This document shows, piece after piece, positions 53,417 to 61,040 of a DNA stretch of 64,000 bases. The stretch's first letter is position 1. Each line of letters begins with the position of its first letter. The DNA lies in assembly GCA_963705105.1 (NCBI GenBank), contig CAVPIW010000014.1, forward strand, positions 224,001-288,000. Direction: 5' to 3'. A model generated the notes under the pieces. That model was not told the DNA's origin. It ran no database searches and saw nothing but the letters and a program-made list of their open reading frames with translations. Source of the DNA: an uncultured Nitrospiraceae bacterium. GTDB taxonomy: Bacteria; Nitrospirota; Thermodesulfovibrionia; Thermodesulfovibrionales; Dissulfurispiraceae. The position numbers were made by a program, and so were the translations under genes.

Positions 53417-53940
53417 TCTGACACCTCCGTCTTTCTTAGTTTACCGACTTTGGTGTCCACTTTTTCCATCCTACCTCAGTTAATAGTCGCAGAATTTCTA
53501 TGTACAAAGCACCCAAGGTGATATTTGCGAAAATGGCAAAACGATGCGAAGCCGCCATTGATGATGCAGGTGAGTTCGCGTCACTAAACACCAACTGCTT
53601 CTACAATCCAAGAAATGGCATTTCAATAAAGTACATTGCCGGCATCTGCAACTCCCGTGCGTTTATGTTCCTTTATGACCTCTTCTTCAGTGCACTTAGA
53701 ATGAGTGGCGGTTACTACCAGTTCCAATCGCCCCAACTACGTGTTGTTCCTATACCTCGGGCAGATACATGTCAAATGGCGGCTGTCGAAGCTTTGGTTG
53801 AGAAGATTCTTGTAATTAAGAGAGAAGCCCCTCATGCTGACACATCAAATGTCGAACGGCAAATTGACGACATGGTTTACTCCCTCTATGGCCTCACACC
53901 AGAGGAGGCTGAAGCCGTCGAGTGCATAGAGTAAGCAAGA

Positions 53941-55479
53941 ATGCCAACGCTCGAAGGATTAATCTCTCGCGGATACTTCCCCAAGGAATTGCCGCCTGCT
54001 TTCAATAGCTCCCGTTTGCGTGGGGTCTTGTTACAAAATGGGTCAGACGTACCACGATTATTTCAAGACCACCGTGGTGCTGGAAAGATGATGACGCACA
54101 ACCTCGCGCAAAGTGGTTCACTCCGAAGAAAACTCGGGATACCTAATCCAGTCCACTTCTGCAAGCTGGCAGCCTTTGTAGTCGATAACTGGCAAGATTT
54201 GTATGCAAGTGCATCACGCTCTCATCTATCATTGACAACCCCTGTAGACGGATATTTGCGTAGAGCCATTGAACGACAATATGATCTCACAGAGCGTCCC
54301 GTCCGCAGAGCACAGCTACGGAGCACTTCGCGCTACATTTTACAGGCAGACATAAGTCGTTTCTACCCTTCGATTTACACTCATAGCATACCGTGGGCAT
54401 TGCACACCAAAGCAATTGCGAAGAGGAATCGCAGTGACCAGTTACTTGGAAACCAGCTTGATCGACTTGTCAGGCATGCACAAGATGACCAGACGATGGG
54501 AATTCCCATTGGTCCCGACACATCTCTGCTCATAGCGGAAATTCTTTTGGCAGCTGTTGACGAGGCTTTACGTGAAAGAGGGATTACTCGTGGATTCAGA
54601 TATATTGACGACTACGAGATTGGGTTCCAGACTTTGTCAGATGCCGAAGCGGCTTTATCACACTTCCAAGAAGTGCTCAATGAATACGAGCTTGCTTTAA
54701 ACCCAAACAAAACGAGAATACTTAAATTGCCCCTACCGGCGGAGCCACTCGCCATTTCGGAATTGCGAACCTTCCTATTTAGACCTTCTATCCCTGGGCA
54801 GCGATCAGATCTCTTGCGATATTTCGACAGAGCGTTTTACCTGGCCAACGATAATCCTGAAGAACACATACTGAAGTATGCCATAGCAAGACTGAGTGGC
54901 ATAGACATCCATTCGTCCAACTGGAGCCTCGTTGAAAACCTTCTTCTTCAATGCTTGGTTGCAGAATCGGGAACTATGCCCCTTGCTCAGAATCAGTTTC
55001 TTCGTTATAGGGATCTGGGATTTGCCCTTGATAGAGACAGAATTGGTGAAGCTCTGGGCAGTGCGATAGCCCAGCATAGTTCGTTGGGACACGGTAGTGA
55101 GGTGGCATGGGGTTTGTGGTGCCATCTCGTCTTAGGAATCAGAGTCAGTTCTGCCAGTTGCAGTGCCGCATCTTTCTTGAATGACTCCATTGCAGCCCTG
55201 CTCCTGTTGGATGCACACAACAAAGGTCTTGTTTCCTCAGCTATTGAGTTCCGCAATTTACCATCGGTCATGACCACAGATGAACTCTATGGTGAGCACT
55301 GGCTCCTATCGTACGAGGCTAACGTTAAAGGGTGGCTTCCATCAGAAGGCACCTCGGATCATGTATCAGATGATCGGTGCTTTGCCCTTCTCAAGAACAG
55401 CGGCGTCTATTTCTACGATGACACAGTGAGTGACCATATAGGGTATGAAGCACCTGGGGGATGGGCCGAGAGATACTGA
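53941..55479 (+). CDS. Reverse transcriptase of the UG/Abi (defence-associated) class with a helical C-terminal domain
   Basis: 'GYFPKELPP', 'RKLGIPNP', 'DISRFYPSIYTHSIPWALH', 'GIPIGPDTS', 'RYIDD', 'LNPNKT'. Confidence 0.92.
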   Translation: MPTLEGLISRGYFPKELPPAFNSSRLRGVLLQNGSDVPRLFQDHRGAGKMMTHNLAQSGSLRRKLGIPNPVHFCKLAAFVVDNWQDLYASASRSHLSLTTPVDGYLRRAIERQYDLTERPVRRAQLRSTSRYILQADISRFYPSIYTHSIPWALHTKAIAKRNRSDQLLGNQLDRLVRHAQDDQTMGIPIGPDTSLLIAEILLAAVDEALRERGITRGFRYIDDYEIGFQTLSDAEAALSHFQEVLNEYELALNPNKTRILKLPLPAEPLAISELRTFLFRPSIPGQRSDLLRYFDRAFYLANDNPEEHILKYAIARLSGIDIHSSNWSLVENLLLQCLVAESGTMPLAQNQFLRYRDLGFALDRDRIGEALGSAIAQHSSLGHGSEVAWGLWCHLVLGIRVSSASCSAASFLNDSIAALLLLDAHNKGLVSSAIEFRNLPSVMTTDELYGEHWLLSYEANVKGWLPSEGTSDHVSDDRCFALLKNSGVYFYDDTVSDHIGYEAPGGWAERY

Positions 55480-55656
55480 TGCCTCATATCAAAGAAAATA
55501 TTTGTGAGGCAACAGAGAACCCGGTTGCTGAGATTACGAAGAGCAGAATGCTGCGTTATTATCTTGGCATTTGGATAATAACATAACGATGATGCAATCG
55601 GCTATGCTTATCAATGAGTTTTGTGGTTGTTTATTATCTCCTAAACGGAGGCGGGA

Positions 55657-57165
55657 TTGGCGATAAAGAGAACAGACAGGGCGGAGGAGAGCCGGAACCC
55701 TGAGATAGTACGGGCGCTGTGCGCTCTTGACGAAAGCTTGTATTTCGAGTCGAAGAGGGTCTCCGGCAAAATGGTGCACAAGGCTCTCGAGACCATCGTC
55801 GCTTTTGCGAATACCGAGGGTGGTGCACTTGTCCTCGGCATGGAGGACTTAAAGAAAACAAAAGGCAACGACCGATTGTACGGCATTGCGGAGAATCCTG
55901 AAGCCCTCGATGAACTTCGCCAAAAAGCGTCGCACCACATCACGCCTTCTCTCGAAGATCTCAAATGGCGGCCTATCCCCTGCACTCTTCGTGATGGATC
56001 AAAGGGCTCAATCGTCTTGATTGAAGTTACGAGAAGCAAGAAGGTCCACTCCATCGTCGAAAATGGGACGTGGAAGAGACTGGATCGCGGCAATAGAGAA
56101 ATGACGGCGCGAGAGATCAACGAGCTCTGTTTTGCCCGCGGCGTTATCAGTGCCGAGACAGAGACAGTTTCCGTTCCCTTTGAACTGCTCGAAACAGGGT
56201 ACTGGAAGACATACTGCGAGACGCGGAAAATTGCCACGGGGGATATCAAAGACAGGATGTTCCGTATCGGTCTCGCCCGTAAAGTTGAGGGCATGCTGAT
56301 GCCGACGAGGGCAGCCGTGCTGCTCTTTGCCGACGACCCGTCCGGTCTCATGGCGTCTAAGACCTCGGTGCGTGTGTTCCACTATTCAGGAGCGCGTATT
56401 GAGCATGAGCCGATCCCCAATCTCTTAAAGAAGCCGAAGACGTGCTTGGGTCCTCTCATCAAGCAGATTGAAGACGCCTATGAGTATGTGATCAATGAAA
56501 TAGCGGGTGGCTTGAGACTCTCTGCATCCGGATTCGAGACCGTGCATTGCTATCCCACTCGCGTCATAAAGGAGGCGATCACCAACGCGGTCATCCATCG
56601 TGATTATCACATCAACCGCGATATTCACGTCAGGATATTTGACAACAGAATCGAGGTGGAGAGCCCTGGCCTCTTCCCCGGTGACATTAGGCCGGAGACC
56701 GTGGCAACAGCGGGTTCGTTGAACCGCAATCCGCTAATCGTCAATCATTTGAGGGAATTTCCGGTCCCGCCTAACATTGACGCGGGTGAAGGGGTTCGTA
56801 TGATGTTCTCAACGATGCGTGCGGTCGGCCTCTATCCGCCCTTTTACTTCACGAGGCCGTTTCTTCAAACCGATGGAGTGATGGTTGTGCTTCTCAATGA
56901 AGAGCGCCCTGCTGTTTGGGAACAGGTCAGTGAATGGGTTGACCGCAAAGGCTCTATCACGAACAGCGCCCTTTGCCAGATAGCGGACATTGATACGCTA
57001 AAGGCCTCAAAGATGCTGAAACGATGGGTTGAAAAAGACATGCTTGTGCCCGATATGACCAAGGGCAAACGAGGTGCACGCTACAGAAAACCAGGACAGG
57101 ATCTCGCGGTAAGATCATTCTTTTCATTATCCGGGCTCTCGGATAATAACCCGGAGGACAGCTAA
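55657..57165 (+). CDS. Schlafen/AlbA_2 domain + HATPase-like (RecG-C) + wHTH protein
   Basis: 'ESLYFESK', 'AFANTEGGALVLG', 'EAITNAVIHRDY', 'IEVESPG', 'RNPLI'; GGAGG before TTG. Confidence 0.88.
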   Translation: MAIKRTDRAEESRNPEIVRALCALDESLYFESKRVSGKMVHKALETIVAFANTEGGALVLGMEDLKKTKGNDRLYGIAENPEALDELRQKASHHITPSLEDLKWRPIPCTLRDGSKGSIVLIEVTRSKKVHSIVENGTWKRLDRGNREMTAREINELCFARGVISAETETVSVPFELLETGYWKTYCETRKIATGDIKDRMFRIGLARKVEGMLMPTRAAVLLFADDPSGLMASKTSVRVFHYSGARIEHEPIPNLLKKPKTCLGPLIKQIEDAYEYVINEIAGGLRLSASGFETVHCYPTRVIKEAITNAVIHRDYHINRDIHVRIFDNRIEVESPGLFPGDIRPETVATAGSLNRNPLIVNHLREFPVPPNIDAGEGVRMMFSTMRAVGLYPPFYFTRPFLQTDGVMVVLLNEERPAVWEQVSEWVDRKGSITNSALCQIADIDTLKASKMLKRWVEKDMLVPDMTKGKRGARYRKPGQDLAVRSFFSLSGLSDNNPEDS

Positions 57166-57470
57166 TATCCACTGCATATCAATTAGATCTTGCGTATTTT
57201 ATTATCCGATTCGAGAGCGTTGGACAGATTCGCACGACCAGCATCAGGGAAGGGGGCTACTCTAACTGCGATGATTCCCTCTTGGAGAACTAAACCGCTG
57301 CGCGGTGGTGATGAGTTGTCAGCGTAGTGAAACGAGATAGAGCTTTTTCTTCGTTGTAGAGGCTTTCAGTTCGGTCCCTCTTGTTGAACAGTCCCCATCG
57401 TCTTACAATCTTCTTTTGGTGTACCTGACGGCATGAGCTGTCGGATATTGATACCAGAGGAGGCAGTTGC

Positions 57471-58313
57471 ATGAGCACATTGAGAGAGCAGATGGTGGCG
57501 GATCTTCAGTTGAGAGGCATTACCCCCAGGACGCAGAAGAAGTATCTCCGGGAAGTCAGCAACCTCGCGAAGTATTACAACAAGTCACCCCAGGACCTGG
57601 GCGAACAGGAAGTGAAAGAGTACCTGGTGCATATGCTGAAAGACAGAGGCATCTCCGTGGGAACGTACCGAACCTACGCAGCGGGGATCAAGTTCCTGTA
57701 TACGACGACCCTGGACCGGCCCGAGGTCGTGGAGAAGATCAAGTATCCCAAAAGCACACACAAGCTCCCCGAAGTGCTTGACCTCTCGGAGATCAAGGCC
57801 CTGCTGTCCGTCATGGACAATCTCAAGCACCGGGCACTGCTGACGATGACCTATTCAGCAGGACTCAGGGCCAGCGAGGTCGCCCGCCTGAGAGTAAGCG
57901 ACGTCGACAGCAAGAGAATGATGGTGCGGGTGCAGCAGGGCAAAGGCAGAAAGGACCGCTACAGCATCCTGTCCAAAACAGCCCTTGAGTGCCTCAGAGA
58001 GTATTACAGGCAGTATCGCCCCTCGCAGTGGCTGTTTGAAGGACAGAGCGAGGATACCCATATCTGCTACACGTCCATACGGAATATCTTTCGGGAGGCC
58101 AAGGAGCGGGCCGGCATCACAAAACCGGCAACCCCTCATACGCTGAGGCACTCCTTTGCGACTCACCTGATTGAAGCAGGGACAAGCCTTCATCATGTCC
58201 AGCTGCTCATGGGCCATAGGTCCCCGAGCACGACGACCGTCTATCTGCATGTCAGCCGGATGAATCTGGCACAAGTCACCAGCCCCCTGGACACCATGCC
58301 GGAAGAACTGTAG
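57471..58313 (+). CDS. Tyrosine recombinase/integrase (IS91-associated type)
   Basis: 'YSAGLRASE', 'GKGRKDR', 'HTLRHSFATH', 'LMGH', 'TTVY'. Confidence 0.95.
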   Translation: MSTLREQMVADLQLRGITPRTQKKYLREVSNLAKYYNKSPQDLGEQEVKEYLVHMLKDRGISVGTYRTYAAGIKFLYTTTLDRPEVVEKIKYPKSTHKLPEVLDLSEIKALLSVMDNLKHRALLTMTYSAGLRASEVARLRVSDVDSKRMMVRVQQGKGRKDRYSILSKTALECLREYYRQYRPSQWLFEGQSEDTHICYTSIRNIFREAKERAGITKPATPHTLRHSFATHLIEAGTSLHHVQLLMGHRSPSTTTVYLHVSRMNLAQVTSPLDTMPEEL

Positions 58314-58335
58314 CAGTTCACCTCCCCACTGCCGG

Positions 58336-59526
58336 ATGCGGCCCTCTCGCGGCGTCGAGGTGGCGGATATCTTCCGCCGGCACGGCCCGGAGTACAGGAA
58401 AGCCCACTGCTTGCCTCTGCATCACCTGCGGGTCATGCGTGCCGTGGAGATCTGCAGGACGGCTGCTTTGGGCGGGCATACAGACAGGTGCGAGGACTGC
58501 GGGCACATCGAGATCTCCTACAACTCCTGCCGGAACCGCCACTGCCCCAAGTGCCAGACTCTGCAAAAGGAGCGGTGGATCGAGGCGCGAGGACAGGACC
58601 TCCTGCCTGTTGAGTACTTCCACGTCGTCTTCACCATTCCCACAGAGCTCAATCCCCTGGTCATCATGAATCAGAGGGTCCTGTATAATCTGCTGTTCCG
58701 GTCGGTTTCCGAGACCCTCGGGGAATTGTGCCAAAATCCCCGGCATCTCGGCGCACAGATCGGCTTCATCGGTGTTCTGCACACCTGGGGGCAGAACCTG
58801 CTGGATCACCCCCACATCCACTGCGTTGTGCCCGGCGGTGGGCTGTCCCCGGACAGGAGCCGCTGGGTGTCATGCCGCAGGGGTTTCTTCATCCCCGTCC
58901 GGGTGATGTCGGAGCTCTTCAGGGGCAAGTTTCTCGACTACCTTAAGGACAGGTTTCACGCGGGCGATCTCATCTTCCCCGGCGGAATTGCTCATCTGGG
59001 ACATCCCGGGGCCTTCTCGGCACTCTGCGGCCGGCTCTACAACAAGAAATGGGTCGTCTACTGTAAAGCACCCTTCGCCGGCCCCGAGGGTGTCCTCCAG
59101 TATCTGGGCAGGTATACTCACAGAATCGCAATCAGCAACAACCGTATCCTGAACGTGCAGGACGGCGCCGTATCCTTCCGCTGGCGGGACTACGCCGACG
59201 GGGACAAACAGAAGATTATGACGCTCACGGCTGAGGAGTTCATCAGGCGCTTCCTCCTGCATGTCCTTCCGCCACGCTTTGTCAGGATACGCCACGTCGG
59301 TCTGCTGGCAAACAGAAACGGGAAAGATCACATTGCCGTCTGCCGGCAATTGCTCGGCAGTGACACAACGGTCACCAAAGAAAAAGATACGAAAGAGACC
59401 TGGCAGGAACTGTTACGCAGGATCTGCGGCATCGATGTTACCACCTGTCCTGTCTGCAAGAAGGGCAAGATGGTCATGGTGGAGCTATTGCCTCCCTGCC
59501 GGTGCAACAGCCCCCCGGATCATTAG
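58336..59526 (+). CDS. IS91-family rolling-circle transposase
   Basis: Zn finger 'YNSCRNRHCPKC', HUH 'HPHIH', 'YLGRY'. Confidence 0.95.
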   Translation: MRPSRGVEVADIFRRHGPEYRKAHCLPLHHLRVMRAVEICRTAALGGHTDRCEDCGHIEISYNSCRNRHCPKCQTLQKERWIEARGQDLLPVEYFHVVFTIPTELNPLVIMNQRVLYNLLFRSVSETLGELCQNPRHLGAQIGFIGVLHTWGQNLLDHPHIHCVVPGGGLSPDRSRWVSCRRGFFIPVRVMSELFRGKFLDYLKDRFHAGDLIFPGGIAHLGHPGAFSALCGRLYNKKWVVYCKAPFAGPEGVLQYLGRYTHRIAISNNRILNVQDGAVSFRWRDYADGDKQKIMTLTAEEFIRRFLLHVLPPRFVRIRHVGLLANRNGKDHIAVCRQLLGSDTTVTKEKDTKETWQELLRRICGIDVTTCPVCKKGKMVMVELLPPCRCNSPPDH

Positions 59527-60085
59527 GCAATGAGCACCGCTGAGATGACAACAACCGTATCGCCGGCACTCTGCGAAAACAGCCCTCTGTTTCGCCGCAC
59601 CCTCTTATTGCCTGAAATTGCGCCTCTGCATGGCCTGGCCACAGTCGAGACGTACCGAACTGCTTCTTGCGCTACGCTGAATGGTCTCATTCGAGCAGAA
59701 ACTGCCGCCGTATCCCCAAAACGACCTCCCTTCTCGTCGTAGCAACTCCAGACAATCCGTATCGAATCTCCATAATCGGCGCAGCGGCATCGTTCTTCAC
59801 GCGTTATTCAGCAACTGCGCTGCAGAATGACGCTTACTCGTATTCCGCAGAATCACAATGAGATGCGGCCATACTGACTTCTGTGAGAAGTTATTCCTGA
59901 CAACGGAGAGGAGCACAGCCCTTCGAGTCTACTGGCGACTGAACATCTCCGTTGTGCTGAAGGGACGGAGGGGGTCGGCGGGACGGAAACGGTAGATGAT
60001 CATCCCGATGCGCGGACGGTCGACTTCCACAGGGCGGTAACCATACTCCTGCACCTGTGCGGCGCCTTTCGACAGTGAGGATCAA

Positions 60086-60298
60086 GAGAACCGCGGCTCC
60101 GTTATGGACATCGGGCATACCACCGGCCCATTCGTCTCAGGCATGGTTGCAGGTTATCTGGGCTTCGGGGCGTCCTTTCTCGGAACATCAATTATCCTCT
60201 CAGTCGCGTCCGTCATCTTTCTCCTCGTCATCGGCATCAAAGACAACAAGGAATCGCCGCCGCAGGCCCGGGAACTTTCCGGAAAACAGCATTCATAA
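60086..60298 (+). pseudogene. Second, diverged copy of the 3' end of the MFS gene
   Basis: 60095-60266 aligns with 44215-44386 (MDIGHT.GPF..KDNKESPPQ). Confidence 0.9.
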
Positions 60299-60516
60299 TT
60301 CACGAACAGATGATAGGACTCAGAGAGCCGCGTCGCGCCTTGTCTTCCCCCGGTGAACGCGAACATGTGATATGCCTCATTTTCGGGTATAATGTGACTA
60401 TAGATAAAAGAGAAGGATGTCCCGACAAGGCCACAGCAGCCGGAAGGGTCGGAGGGACGGCAGGTCTCGCCGGGCGGATTTGACGATCTCGCACCAATGA
60501 AAGGAGGAGGTCTGAA

Positions 60517-60822
60517 ATGTTGTATGTTGCGATTTTTAATGCACGGGAGCATGTGAGCAGGAAAGACATCTATCGTGAAAGGGCCGAGTGGTTGAAAAAG
60601 GGCAAGGAGAAGATGTTTTTAAAAAAATGCAAAACCATCGAACGGTATGAGGTCGTTGGCAGCTCTCCCCTCCGGGTCTTTTTTATCATCGAGACGGACG
60701 ACCCGTTGGCATTGAACATACTATCCAACCATTTCGGCGATGCATGGGAGTCGGACATTTACCCCGTTATCAAGCGCGGAATAGCTGAAGCGTTGAAGGA
60801 GGACACCGCAGGCAAGTCGTAG
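60517..60822 (+). CDS. Small alpha+beta hypothetical protein (DUF3303-like)
   Basis: AGGAGG RBS; 'VFFIIETDD..WESDIYPV'. Confidence 0.7.
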   Translation: MLYVAIFNAREHVSRKDIYRERAEWLKKGKEKMFLKKCKTIERYEVVGSSPLRVFFIIETDDPLALNILSNHFGDAWESDIYPVIKRGIAEALKEDTAGKS

Positions 60823-60965
60823 CTGATTTGCCGGGTTTGCCGCTCACTGCGGTGAGGCTGCGGGAAACACCGGGTCAGATATGCAGGTCTTCCCGCAGGA
60901 GATGATCCTTCACGGGCTTAACCGGGTACTGAAATGGAGGGGGTCAAATACCGGGCGCTCACAGG

Positions 60966-61005
60966 GAGGCGGTGTCATGGTATGACCCAGCCATGGCGCT
61001 GCCTC
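60966..61005. terminator. Hairpin between convergent genes
   Basis: gaggcggtgtcatgg / ccatggcgctgcctc. Confidence 0.4.
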
Positions 61006-61040
61006 GCCTCACGACATGATACTCACCTCAAAGACATCGG

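Larger units (their letters stand above)
52208..53478 (-). mobile_element. IS3-family insertion sequence, 1271 bp, 4-bp target duplication GTTA
   Basis: TG..CA imperfect 30-bp IRs ending agtggacaccaaa; GTTA at 52204-52207 and 53479-53482. Confidence 0.97.
49030..53934 (+). pseudogene. Eco57I/type IIG-like N6-adenine methyltransferase with C-terminal TRD, interrupted by IS3 (parts 49030-52207 and 53483-53934)
   Basis: 'FLNGGLF', 'GSYYTP', 'LDPACGSGAF', 'GNPPY'. Removing the IS and one GTTA gives a 3630-nt in-frame gene (..KAKV|NSRRISMYKAPKVIF..). Confidence 0.92.
57287..59795 (+). mobile_element. Two-gene IS91-like element (tyrosine recombinase + Y2 transposase)
   Basis: Left GAACtaaaccgctgcgc and right gcgcagcggcatcGTTC form imperfect inverted ends. 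Confidence 0.7.

Noticed and set aside
45635..53934. BREX or DISARM call
   Set aside because: No pglZ/brxC/brxL and no drmA/drmB partners in the window.
53941..55479. RT as a retron, group II intron, DGR or CRISPR-associated RT
   Set aside because: No VTG motif, no room for msr-msd (6 nt gap), no maturase or intron ends, no TR/VR pair and no cas1; motifs fit the UG/Abi class.
57255..59900. Integron (integrase plus tctaac/gtta as attC)
   Set aside because: The integrase is short, lacks the IntI insertion and is the IS91-associated type; no complementary R'/R'' boxes.
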